NCBI GenBank assembly: GCA_964629735.1
Contig: CAZVQX010000001.1
Coordinates: 86,984 to 150,983 of the forward strand
Length of the DNA stretch: 64,000 nt
Origin: an uncultured Muribaculaceae bacterium
Lineage (GTDB): Bacteria > Bacillota_I > Bacilli_A > RF39 > UBA660
Direction: 5' to 3'
The translations under genes were made by a program, and so were the position numbers. The first letter of the stretch is position 1. The number at the start of each line of letters is the position of its first letter. A model generated the notes under the pieces. That model did not search any database, was not told the DNA's origin, and saw only the letters and a program-made list of their open reading frames with translations. Shown here in pieces: positions 1 to 8,011 of the stretch.

Positions 1-1
1 A

Positions 2-235
2 GTTAGTGTTGAACCGTCTGTTCCAGATTTTAATGTAGAACATGAAACCCAAAATGCTCAATCAATTACAGCTTTTGATATTAATCCGAAGCCGGTAACG
101 GCAACTGTTGAAAATGATGAAAATCATTTTCAAGAATTATATGAAGCAGAGAAAGAAAAAAATAATAAGTTGCTATTAGAAAATGAACAATTGAGGAATC
201 AATTAGAAAAAATAAAAAATATTTTAAATAAATAA
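2..235 (+). CDS. 3' end of a CDS that starts upstream of the window; coiled-coil-like C-terminus (...ENEQLRNQLEKIKNILNK*)
   Basis: Open frame from the window edge to TAA at 233-235. Truncated, so absent from the ORF track. Confidence 0.3.
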   Translation, partial: VSVEPSVPDFNVEHETQNAQSITAFDINPKPVTATVENDENHFQELYEAEKEKNNKLLLENEQLRNQLEKIKNILNK

Positions 236-267
236 AAGACAAGAATTTAATTACTTGTCTTTTTTTA
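236..267. terminator. Bidirectional rho-independent terminator between convergent genes
   Basis: Inverted repeat AAGACAAG / CTTGTCTT with a 10-nt loop, followed by a T-run on the + strand and A/T-rich on the other. Confidence 0.55.
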
Positions 268-279
268 TAATTAATATTA

Positions 280-759
280 TTATTTTCTGTTTTGATGTGC
301 TAATTTACTAGCGGCTGATGAAGCAATTGCACAAATTATGTCATCTAAAAAAGTGTGACATTCTTTTTTTTCATCTCCAAGCTTATCTAACTTACCAATA
401 ACACCAGGTTTGGTCTTGTCTAAATAACCAAAGTTAGTAAAAGCAATAGAACCATAAATATTAACGATACTAAGTGGTAATATTTCATCAATACCATATA
501 AAGGATCGTCATTTTTTATAATATCATTAATTTCTTGATCAAATAAATCTTTTTCTGTAGCCTCATCAATAGCAATGCCAGTTAAAATTGCATGAATAAC
601 CTCTCTTTTTTCAATTATACCATCAACAGTACTTATGCAATCTTGTAGTGTAAGTTTAGGAATATATTTTTTTTGTAAATCTAAAACAATCATCCCAATA
701 TCATCTAATCTAACTCCACGTTCTTCTAATTTTTTAATAGCTAATGTTTTTAATGTCAT
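280..759 (-). CDS. Hypothetical 159-aa protein; possibly YutG/PgpA-like by synteny with the adjacent yutH-like and nfu genes
   Basis: Complete ORF. The neighbourhood mirrors B. subtilis yutG-yutH...yutI. No diagnostic motif recognised with certainty. Confidence 0.3.
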   Translation of the reverse strand: MTLKTLAIKKLEERGVRLDDIGMIVLDLQKKYIPKLTLQDCISTVDGIIEKREVIHAILTGIAIDEATEKDLFDQEINDIIKNDDPLYGIDEILPLSIVNIYGSIAFTNFGYLDKTKPGVIGKLDKLGDEKKECHTFLDDIICAIASSAASKLAHQNRK

Positions 760-817
760 TTAATTTCCTCCTATCATAAAAAAGTAATAAAATCATAAAC
801 TTAGTTGAGGTGAATAT

Positions 818-1726
818 ATGAAAAATGCAATAAACTATTATTATAATTTAGAGCCAGGTAATATTCACCAATATAATAAGCAATTAAAATTCGTAATTAA
901 TAACATTACTTATATATTTATTCCATATTCTCGCCAAACTGATGAAATAAATGATTTATATAAACTAAGTTTATCTCTATTTCAAAACGGAATTTATTGT
1001 CACCAATTTATTCCAAATATTAATAATTCTTTAATTACAAATATTAATAACATTCCATATGTATTATTAAAAACATATATTATAAATAATCGTAAAATTA
1101 ATATAAGTGATTTAATATTTTTTTCTAATTCAACATTAATTAATGTTGAAAATAAATTACGTAGAGATAATTGGTATTTATTGTGGACTAATAAAATAGA
1201 TTACTTTGAATATCAAATTAGTCAATTTGGAAAAAAATATCCAATTATTAGAGAAAGTTTTAGTTATTTTGTAGGCATGGCTGAAACAAGTATAATATTA
1301 TTTAAAAACATTAATAATAATCATGGTAAAGTTTTAAGTGTAAATCATCAAAGAGTATCATCTGATGATACATTGTTAGATTTTTATAATCCACTTAATT
1401 TCATAATTGATTATAAAATAAGAAATATAGCAGAATATTTCAAAAAACAGTTTTTTGAAAATAATCTTAGTTATGATGACATAATTTATTATTTTGAAAG
1501 TGAATCACTTAATCAATACGATTGTGTAATGTTATTTATTCGTCTGCTGTTCCCAACATATTATTTTGATATTTATGAAAAAATTATTTTAGAAAATGAA
1601 GATGAAAAAAAACTTATCCCTATTATTATCAAAATAAAAGATTATGAGAATTTGTTAAAAAAATTATATAATTATTTAATTAATATTGCGGAAATACCAA
1701 ATATAGAATGGTTAATAATTAATTAA
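818..1726 (+). CDS. CotS/YutH-like spore-coat-associated protein (tentative)
   Basis: 302-aa ORF with an RBS (GAGGTG). Assignment rests on size, composition and synteny with yutG-like and nfu genes. Motif-level support is weak. Confidence 0.35.
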   Translation: MKNAINYYYNLEPGNIHQYNKQLKFVINNITYIFIPYSRQTDEINDLYKLSLSLFQNGIYCHQFIPNINNSLITNINNIPYVLLKTYIINNRKINISDLIFFSNSTLINVENKLRRDNWYLLWTNKIDYFEYQISQFGKKYPIIRESFSYFVGMAETSIILFKNINNNHGKVLSVNHQRVSSDDTLLDFYNPLNFIIDYKIRNIAEYFKKQFFENNLSYDDIIYYFESESLNQYDCVMLFIRLLFPTYYFDIYEKIILENEDEKKLIPIIIKIKDYENLLKKLYNYLINIAEIPNIEWLIIN

Positions 1727-1949
1727 TGTTAATAACTTCTTTAATTTCTGGTATTTCAGAAATGATAGCCTTTTCAATTAAATCTTTTAACGTAATTGTA
1801 GCCATTGGGCATCCAGAACAAGCACCTAATAATTTTATATAAACAATGTTATTCTCAACTTTAACGAATTCAATGTTACCCCCATCACTTATTAAAAATG
1901 GTCTTAATTGTTCAATTACCTCTTTAATTTTTTCTTCTTGATTAATCAT
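1719..1949 (-). CDS. nfuA: NifU-like Fe-S cluster assembly protein (Nfu, C-terminal NifU domain only)
   Basis: 76 aa with the hallmark GACSGCPMATITLKDLIE motif of Nfu/YutI proteins. Confidence 0.8.
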   Translation of the reverse strand: MINQEEKIKEVIEQLRPFLISDGGNIEFVKVENNIVYIKLLGACSGCPMATITLKDLIEKAIISEIPEIKEVININ

Positions 1950-2043
1950 AATATCCCTCCTAGTTCATTATATAATATAAAAAAAATATAGTAAATAGTT
2001 TTAAATAAAAATAAATGTGTTATAATCTTTATTGAGGTGTGTT

Positions 2044-2427
2044 ATGACAAAGTATAAAGTAGGTAAAGTGGTTAGAGGGACAGTTACTGGAATTGAATCA
2101 TATGGTATCTTTGTTTCGCTAGATGAATTTTATAGTGGACTCATTCATATTTCTGAAATATCAAACAATTATATTAAAAATATAAATGATTATGTAAATA
2201 TTGGAGATATTATATATGTTAAGGTAAAAGAAGTTGATGATGAACTATCCCAGTTAAAATTAAGTATAAAAAATATAAATTATAACGGAAAAAGAAAAGT
2301 AAATAGAACGCCAATAAAAGAAACAAGCCTTGGTTTTAGTACTCTAAAGTATAAATTACCTTTTTGGATAAAAGAAAATATAGAAAAAAACAAAAAAACA
2401 CAAAAAGATATTGACAAAAACATTTAA
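2044..2427 (+). CDS. S1 RNA-binding domain protein (YugI / general stress protein 13-like)
   Basis: KVGKVVRGTVTGIESYGIFVSLDE...GLIHISEIS matches the S1 domain. Start moved to the ATG at 2044, just after the GAGGTG RBS; the track start at 2032 is an upstream in-frame ATG. Confidence 0.7.
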   Translation: MTKYKVGKVVRGTVTGIESYGIFVSLDEFYSGLIHISEISNNYIKNINDYVNIGDIIYVKVKEVDDELSQLKLSIKNINYNGKRKVNRTPIKETSLGFSTLKYKLPFWIKENIEKNKKTQKDIDKNI

Positions 2428-2439
2428 TAATAGTATACT
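2411..2439 (+). promoter_or_regulatory. Sigma-A type promoter for the tRNA operon
   Basis: TTGACA (2411-2416), 17-nt spacer, TATACT (2434-2439), about 20 nt upstream of the first tRNA. Confidence 0.5.
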
Positions 2440-2460
2440 TAGTTACGTCTAGTGGTCATT

Positions 2461-2537
2461 GGGTGATTAGCTCAGTTGGTTAGAGCACCTGCCTTACAAG
2501 CAGGGGGTCGTAGGTTCGAGTCCTACATCGCCCACCA
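2461..2537 (+). tRNA. tRNA-Val (anticodon TAC)
   Basis: Cloverleaf folded by hand. Acceptor GGGTGAT/ATCGCCC, anticodon loop CTTACAA, encoded CCA. Confidence 0.85.
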
Positions 2538-2538
2538 T

Positions 2539-2614
<76 letters not shown>

Positions 2615-2616
2615 GT

Positions 2617-2700
2617 GGAGGGATAGCGAAGTGGTCAAACGCGGCAGACTGTAAATCTGTTCCTTCGGGTTCGATGGTTCAAATCCATCTCCCTCCACCA
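2617..2700 (+). tRNA. tRNA-Tyr (GTA), class II with long variable arm
   Basis: Acceptor GGAGGGA/TCCCTCC, anticodon loop ACTGTAAA, variable arm TTCCTTCGGGTTC, CCA. Confidence 0.85.
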
Positions 2701-2714
2701 TTAATATTTGACCT

Positions 2715-2789
2715 TGCCTCGTAGCCAAGCGGTAAGGCACCACACTTTGACTGTGGCATGCGCTAGTTCGAATCTAGCCGAGGCAGCCA
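2715..2789 (+). tRNA. tRNA-Gln (TTG)
   Basis: U1-A72 start typical of Gln, D-arm TAGCCAAGCGGTAAGGC, anticodon loop CTTTGAC, CCA. Confidence 0.85.
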
Positions 2790-2797
2790 TTTTATAT

Positions 2798-2873
2798 GTT
2801 CCGTTAGCTCAGTAGGTAGAGCATTTGACTTTTAATCAAAGGGTCACAGGTTCAAATCCTGTACGGGACACCA
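2798..2873 (+). tRNA. tRNA-Lys (TTT)
   Basis: Acceptor GTTCCGT/ACGGGAC, anticodon loop CTTTTAA, CCA. Confidence 0.85.
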
Positions 2874-2878
2874 CTTAT

Positions 2879-2968
2879 GCCTGAGTGGCGGAATAGGTAG
2901 ACGCACAGGACTTAAAATCCTGCGAGACGCAAAATCTCGTGCCGGTTCAATTCCGGCCTTAGGCACCA
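2879..2968 (+). tRNA. tRNA-Leu (TAA), class II
   Basis: Acceptor GCCTGAG/CTTAGGC, anticodon loop CTTAAAA, long variable arm, CCA. Confidence 0.85.
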
Positions 2969-2988
2969 TTTATAATTAATTTTTAGTT

Positions 2989-3079
2989 GGAGAAATACCC
3001 AAGTCTGGCTGAAGGGGTCGGTCTTGAAAACCGAGAGGTCGGAAACGACGCGGGGGTTCAAATCCCTCTTTCTCCGCCA
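2989..3079 (+). tRNA. tRNA-Ser (TGA), class II
   Basis: Acceptor GGAGAAA/TTTCTCC, anticodon loop CTTGAAA, long variable arm, CCA. Confidence 0.85.
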
Positions 3080-3093
3080 TAAAAATTTAACAT

Positions 3094-3170
<77 letters not shown>

Positions 3171-3173
3171 TAA

Positions 3174-3249
3174 GGTCCCGTGGTGTAGCGGTTAACATGT
3201 CTGCCTGTCACGCAGAAGATCGCGAGTTCAATTCTCGTCGGGACCGCCA
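3174..3249 (+). tRNA. tRNA-Asp (GTC)
   Basis: Acceptor GGTCCCG/CGGGACC, anticodon loop CTGTCAC, CCA. Confidence 0.85.
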
Positions 3250-3254
3250 TTGTT

Positions 3255-3330
<76 letters not shown>

Positions 3331-3345
3331 TTAATATTTGAATAT

Positions 3346-3422
3346 GCGCCCGTAGATCAATTGGATAGATCGTTTGACTACGGATCAAAAGGCTATGGGT
3401 TCGACTCCTATCGGGCGCGCCA
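3346..3422 (+). tRNA. tRNA-Arg (ACG)
   Basis: Acceptor GCGCCCG/CGGGCGC, anticodon loop CTACGGA, CCA. Confidence 0.85.
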
Positions 3423-3424
3423 TT

Positions 3425-3501
3425 CGGGAAATAGCACAACTTGGTAGTGCACTTGGTTTGGGACCAAGGGGTTGCAGGTTCAAATCCTGTTTTCCCGACC
3501 A
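3425..3501 (+). tRNA. tRNA-Pro (TGG)
   Basis: C1-G72, acceptor CGGGAAA/TTTCCCG, anticodon loop TTTGGGA, CCA. Confidence 0.85.
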
Positions 3502-3506
3502 TCTTT

Positions 3507-3583
3507 GGGGAATTAGCTCAGTTGGCTAGAGTACCTGTTTTGCACGCAGGGGGTCAAGGGTTCAAGTCCCTTATTCTCCACCA
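3507..3583 (+). tRNA. tRNA-Ala (TGC)
   Basis: G3:U70 identity pair, anticodon loop TTTGCAC, CCA. Confidence 0.85.
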
Positions 3584-3593
3584 TGATGTTATC

Positions 3594-3618
3594 AACCCTT
3601 GATTTACAAGGGTTTTAG
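3594..3618 (+). terminator. Rho-independent terminator ending the tRNA operon
   Basis: AACCCTT / AAGGGTT 7-bp stem with a 7-nt loop, followed by a T-run. Confidence 0.6.
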
Positions 3619-3647
3619 TTTCTATAAATATTGTATAGGGGGTAATT

Positions 3648-3929
3648 ATGAGTAACAATTCATTTTTAGCTAGTAAAATTCAGAGTTTGCAAATGACGAT
3701 TTCTGGATTAAGAGATAATATTAAAACTGTTAATAATACTTTGAAAGATAATACTAAAAATAGTAATGATATTCAACTTGTTTTATTAGAAGTTTTGAAA
3801 TCAAACAAGAGAATTGAAGAAGCCATCTTAGAACAAAATGAACTTATAAAAGTTCAATTAGGATTACCAAGTAAATATGATGGTAAATATGAATATAATA
3901 AAGTTTTAAGAAAAAAAGGTACTTTTTAA
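3648..3929 (+). CDS. Hypothetical 93-aa protein (cysteine-free, helical, Asn/Lys-rich)
   Basis: ORF with a GGGGG RBS just upstream. No recognisable family. Confidence 0.3.
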   Translation: MSNNSFLASKIQSLQMTISGLRDNIKTVNNTLKDNTKNSNDIQLVLLEVLKSNKRIEEAILEQNELIKVQLGLPSKYDGKYEYNKVLRKKGTF

Positions 3930-4032
3930 CAAACGGCACTCACATGATAGTTACTAACATAAAATGTTAAAATTATTATATGGGTGCTTTTTTTAAAATA
4001 ATTTATTTAGAATAAACCAAATGAGGTGTGTT

Positions 4033-4731
4033 ATGATTAACTTTATAGTTTGTGATGATAATGAGTTGATTCTTAAACAAGTAAATGAAATTATAGATAA
4101 TGTGATGATGAAAAATAAGTTATCATATAAAAAACATTTTTTTACCGATTATGATAATGATTTTTTGAAATTGATGAGGTCTAAAATGTCTTGTAAAGTA
4201 TATATACTTGATATTGAGACACCAACCTCTTCAGGCATCGACGTCGCGCGTATGATTCGAGAACGTGATTTTTCTAGTGTCATTATATTTTTAACCTCAC
4301 ATCATGAATTGGGTTATACTATTTTAAAGGGTGAATTTTTGTTTTTATCTTTTATAAATAAATATGATAATTATAAAGAAAAGTTAAAGTCTTCAATAGA
4401 AAAAAGTTTAGAAGTATTAAATAAGAGAGAAATAATTAGATTTGAGGATCGTGGAATTTTATATACAATTCCAATAAACGATATTTTATATATAACAAGA
4501 GATACAGTTGAAAGAAAATTAATAATTAAAACTGATAATGTGAAATATGTAATAAGTAAAACATTAACTGAAATGTTAGATATTTTGGGTAGTGATTTTA
4601 AACAGACACATCGTTCATGTATAATCAACACAAAAAGAGTGTCGGTTCTTAGTTATTCTAAAAAATTCATTTTATTTGATACTGGCCTTAAAATTGATTT
4701 AATAAGTTCAAAATACAGGGAAAGGGTCTAA
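4033..4731 (+). CDS. agrA: LytTR-family response regulator (AgrA/ComE-like)
   Basis: N-terminal receiver domain (ILDIETPTSSGIDVARMI, phospho-acceptor Asp) and C-terminal LytTR DNA-binding domain (FEDRGILYTIPINDILYI...QTHRSCIINTKRV). Start at the ATG at 4033 after the GAGGTG RBS. Confidence 0.8.
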   Translation: MINFIVCDDNELILKQVNEIIDNVMMKNKLSYKKHFFTDYDNDFLKLMRSKMSCKVYILDIETPTSSGIDVARMIRERDFSSVIIFLTSHHELGYTILKGEFLFLSFINKYDNYKEKLKSSIEKSLEVLNKREIIRFEDRGILYTIPINDILYITRDTVERKLIIKTDNVKYVISKTLTEMLDILGSDFKQTHRSCIINTKRVSVLSYSKKFILFDTGLKIDLISSKYRERV

Positions 4732-4735
4732 TGAT

Positions 4736-6025
4736 ATGGAGTTTGTAGTATCTGGAATAATAACAACTTTATCTTTTTTTTATGTTCAATCAAAATTAAT
4801 TAATGAGAAAATAAATTATAAGTCTATAATATTTTATATTGTTTTATTTTTTAGTACTGCTACCTTATTATTCACTTATGATTTAACTCAACATTATATT
4901 AAAATTTTATTAAATTTCACTATTTTAGTAATAAGTTGTTATATATTGTATAGAAAAAGCATTGTAAAAACATTTCTTGTGACTTTATTGACATTTATAT
5001 TATTATTTTTGGCTGAATTTTTATTTGTAATAGGTTTATCAATAACTTTAAATATAAGTATAGAACAACTTGATTTTAATTTAGGTAGTACAATTATTCC
5101 AAATATAATTATAAGTTTAATTTTAATATTAATTGTAAATATTAGAGGTGTGTTTTTAGCCTTGAAGAATATAATCAATAATTTTACAAACTATGAAAAT
5201 AAAACTTTTTTTTTAACGGGTATATATATTGTCTTTTTATATTCCCTTTTCTTTTATAGTCTTTATTTTAATGTGCACATGAAGATTTTTGTTTTGTTAT
5301 CTTTGTTTTTAATTATATTTTTAACAATATTATTATTAAAAATTTTTTTGGAAAAAAAGTATAACAAATCTTTAGAATCAGAATATAAAATGTTGATTGA
5401 TAATCTAAGTGAGTATGAAAAATTTTTGGAAGATTATCGACTGAAAAATCATGAAAATAACAATGATTTAATAATTTTACGAGAAATGGTCATCAATAAT
5501 AATGAAGCAGTAAAATATATAGATAATATATTAAATATTAAACCAAATGAAGATAAAGAATTATTATATAAGACCAAAAGAATTCCAACGGGCGGTTTGC
5601 AAGGATTATTTTACCAGAAATTATTAACTATAAAAACAAAATCGATACATTATCATTTGGAAGTTAGTAAAAAAATTCAACCCGAACAATTTAAAAAATT
5701 AGATAATTTTTCAAAACAAACTATTTGCAAAATTTCTGGTATATTGTTAGATAATGCAATTGAGGCAGTTGAAAATTTAGAACAAAAATATATAAGTTTA
5801 TATATTTATAATGAAAATGATTACTTTGTTATTTCAATTTCAAATAACTTCACTAACTGTATAGAAATAGACAAAATTGATAGCAAAACTTATTCTAGTA
5901 AAGGTAATAATCGTGGTTATGGTCTTAGTCTAGTTAAAAATATTGTTTCAAAGAATAGAAATATAAAACTTGAACGCGAATTTATTGGTGATATATTTAA
6001 ACAAAAAATAAAGTTAAAAATGTAG
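4736..6025 (+). CDS. agrC: AgrC/ComD-type (HPK10) membrane histidine kinase
   Basis: Six or seven N-terminal transmembrane helices. C-terminal GHKL ATPase with N-box (LLDNAIEA) and G-box (KGNNRGYGLSLVKNIV). Immediately downstream of the LytTR regulator. Confidence 0.75.
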   Translation: MEFVVSGIITTLSFFYVQSKLINEKINYKSIIFYIVLFFSTATLLFTYDLTQHYIKILLNFTILVISCYILYRKSIVKTFLVTLLTFILLFLAEFLFVIGLSITLNISIEQLDFNLGSTIIPNIIISLILILIVNIRGVFLALKNIINNFTNYENKTFFLTGIYIVFLYSLFFYSLYFNVHMKIFVLLSLFLIIFLTILLLKIFLEKKYNKSLESEYKMLIDNLSEYEKFLEDYRLKNHENNNDLIILREMVINNNEAVKYIDNILNIKPNEDKELLYKTKRIPTGGLQGLFYQKLLTIKTKSIHYHLEVSKKIQPEQFKKLDNFSKQTICKISGILLDNAIEAVENLEQKYISLYIYNENDYFVISISNNFTNCIEIDKIDSKTYSSKGNNRGYGLSLVKNIVSKNRNIKLEREFIGDIFKQKIKLKM

Positions 6026-6042
6026 ATTCCTCTACATTTTTT
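6021..6042. terminator. Bidirectional terminator shared by convergent agrC and agrD
   Basis: TGTAGA-TTCC-TCTACA hairpin flanked by T-runs on both strands. The agrC stop codon lies inside the stem. Confidence 0.55.
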
Positions 6043-6046
6043 AATA

Positions 6047-6169
6047 CTACTTTATTAAACTTTTTGGTGTTTTAGGTTCATCCATCCATAAAATTATACA
6101 AGCTGTACTAATTGAATTTGCAACTATTAATCCTAAATTAGCAATTAAGGCTGTTATAATTTTTTTCAT
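6047..6169 (-). CDS. agrD: AgrD-like autoinducing-peptide precursor (40 aa: MKKIITALIANLGLIVANSISTACIILWMDEPKTPKSLIK)
   Basis: Hand-translated small ORF absent from the ORF track. Perfect AGGAGG RBS 6 nt upstream. Amphipathic N-terminal leader, a single Cys in a hydrophobic core (ACIILWM), and an acidic/Pro tail (DEPKTPKSL) resembling the Listeria YEPKSP and S. aureus DEVEVPKEL recognition tails. Lies directly downstream of agrB. Confidence 0.6.
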   Translation of the reverse strand: MKKIITALIANLGLIVANSISTACIILWMDEPKTPKSLIK

Positions 6170-6782
6170 CTAATCCCTCCTTTTCTTTAATATATTTTTT
6201 ATAATTATTATAAGGTAGTTTAAAAAGGCTATAAACAAAAGGTGATATTAAAAGGCTTTGTATAAATAATGAGAAAATTATACAATTTGTAATAAAATTA
6301 TTTGTAATAAAAATAGTAGTAAAAGATAATATAATAACAATAATAGTTGAAGAGAATTTATATAATTTTCTTCTTTTTTTATTAATTATTGGTTTTTTAT
6401 ATGTATCTGCAGGTGAATTTTTAAAAAATAAAATAATAAATATTATATTCAAAAAAATTGTGCTAAAAATATCAAATACAATAAAGTTAGCAATGTATGA
6501 AAAGGTTAGAAAAACAAATGCAGATACAATAAGACAAATATGACTTTTGGTGGCATGTAGTCCAAATGAAAACATTCTAATAAAATTATAAAAAAGTAAT
6601 AAAATAATTAATTCTTCTAAAATACCTATAAAATAAGCAATACTAAAAATGATAAATGTTTTAGTAATTAATAAATAAATCCCCTCTAAACCATATTTTA
6701 TCTGTGATAATTTTTCATTATTATAATCTGGGTGATATGTTTTTATATATGAAATTAAAAAACTTAAAAACTTATCTTTCAT
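6138..6782 (-). CDS. agrB: AgrB-family membrane endopeptidase (AIP propeptide processing/export)
   Basis: Polytopic membrane protein containing FIRMFSFGLHATKSHICLIVSA, aligning to S. aureus AgrB [21 protein letters not shown] with the catalytic His and Cys conserved. Its 3' end overlaps the agrD start by 32 nt. Confidence 0.75.
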   Translation of the reverse strand: MKDKFLSFLISYIKTYHPDYNNEKLSQIKYGLEGIYLLITKTFIIFSIAYFIGILEELIILLLFYNFIRMFSFGLHATKSHICLIVSAFVFLTFSYIANFIVFDIFSTIFLNIIFIILFFKNSPADTYKKPIINKKRRKLYKFSSTIIVIILSFTTIFITNNFITNCIIFSLFIQSLLISPFVYSLFKLPYNNYKKYIKEKEGLDEKNYNSLNC

Positions 6783-6866
6783 GTGTACTCCTTTATACTA
6801 TATATATTATAAAATATTTAGGGACTATTTTATAATATAAGTTTAAAATTGGTGTTTTTGGTCTTA

Positions 6867-6900
6867 AGTAACAAATAATTACCTACCAGTTAACAAATAA
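6867..6900 (-). promoter_or_regulatory. Candidate LytTR (AgrA) binding site: two 12-bp direct repeats TTATTTGTTAAC / TTATTTGTTACT spaced 22 bp start-to-start, upstream of agrB
   Basis: Direct repeats seen on the minus-strand reading, about 85-118 nt upstream of the agrB start. LytTR regulators bind imperfect direct repeats spaced about 21-22 bp. Confidence 0.35.
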
Positions 6901-7077
6901 AGATTATTTAAACATCGTTAAACTTTATTAAGCTAAAATCAATAATATGTTTAAAAAATGGTGTAAAATTTTAGTTGTTGTATTATATTGTCGGATTTTA
7001 ATGGTCTGATTTTATTGAAAGTGAGATGTATAAGTTGTATATTAGAGATGTGATAAGAATAGAAGGGAGCGCTGTTT

Positions 7078-7290
7078 GTGAGAGGTAAGGTTAAATGGTT
7101 TAACAATGATAAAGGCTTTGGATTTATTGAATACAGAGATGGGGAAGATATTTTTGTTCATTATTCAGCTATTTTGTCACCAGGTTATAAAACCTTGGTA
7201 GAAGGACAGTATGTTGAATTTGAATTAATTCGTACCGATAAAGGTCTTCAAGCCAAAAATGTTATTGAAATAAAAACTGCTTTAGTATAG
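7078..7290 (+). CDS. cspA: Cold-shock protein, CspA family
   Basis: [15 protein letters not shown]...DIFVHYSAI contains the RNP1/RNP2 motifs. GTG start preceded by GAAGGGAG. Confidence 0.9.
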   Translation: MRGKVKWFNNDKGFGFIEYRDGEDIFVHYSAILSPGYKTLVEGQYVEFELIRTDKGLQAKNVIEIKTALV

Positions 7291-7300
7291 CAGTTTTTAT
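7273..7300 (+). terminator. Rho-independent terminator of csp
   Basis: AAAACTGC...GCAGTTTT hairpin followed by a T-run. The stop codon lies in the loop-proximal stem. Confidence 0.6.
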
Positions 7301-7349
7301 TTGTTTTATATTTGATATATGGTATAATTATAATAGGAGGATTGATAAT

Positions 7350-7877
7350 GTGAAGTTTAATATCAGAGGTGATAAGCTTACTGTAACTGAGCCAATAAGA
7401 GAATACATTTATGATAAAATTGGTCGTTTAGAAAAATATTTAGAGAATTCTGAAAACCTAACAGCCAATGTGTTAATAAAAGTTAGAGGTATAAATCAAA
7501 TTGTGGAAGTTACGATTCCTTTGAAAAAAATAATGTTAAGGGCGGAAGAAAGTCATAAGGATTTGTATGCCGCAATAGATCTAGTTAGTGAAAAATTAGA
7601 GCGTCAAATAAGAAAAAATAAAACGAAAATGAAAAAAATAAATAAAGAAGTTTTAAAAGAATTACAAACTAATTATGAAAATGATGAGGATACAAACGAT
7701 TATAAGGTTATAAGAAGAAAAGAGATTGAAATGAAACCGATGAGCGAAGAGGAAGCAATTTTACAAATGAACTTACTTGATCATGACTTTTTTATTTATA
7801 AAGATGCAGAAACCAGTAGTGTTTGTGTATTATATAAAAGAAAAGATAATAATTATGGTGTAATAAAAACTAATTAA
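7350..7877 (+). CDS. hpf: Ribosome hibernation-promoting factor, long form (HPF/YvyD)
   Basis: N-terminal S30AE domain and C-terminal dimerisation domain (AILQMNLLDHDFFIYKD). GTG start after an AGGAGG RBS. Lies upstream of secA as in B. subtilis. Confidence 0.85.
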   Translation: MKFNIRGDKLTVTEPIREYIYDKIGRLEKYLENSENLTANVLIKVRGINQIVEVTIPLKKIMLRAEESHKDLYAAIDLVSEKLERQIRKNKTKMKKINKEVLKELQTNYENDEDTNDYKVIRRKEIEMKPMSEEEAILQMNLLDHDFFIYKDAETSSVCVLYKRKDNNYGVIKTN

Positions 7878-7895
7878 AATCATTTTAATTATAAA

Positions 7896-7925
7896 ACAAA
7901 CCTAAAACGAAGGTTTGTTTTTAAA
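7896..7925 (+). terminator. Rho-independent terminator after hpf
   Basis: AAACAAACC / GGTTTGTTT stem followed by a T-run. Confidence 0.6.
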
Positions 7926-8011
7926 TATTTGAAAATTAATTTAGATTATTAATAATACTATTAATTTTAATTATTTTTTGATAAAATAGATATAACAGAA
8001 AGGAAGATAAT

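Noticed and set aside
3648-3929. The 93-aa ORF upstream of agrA as a candidate autoinducer precursor
   Set aside because: It has no cysteine or AIP-like core. A much better AgrD candidate lies directly downstream of agrB at 6047-6169.
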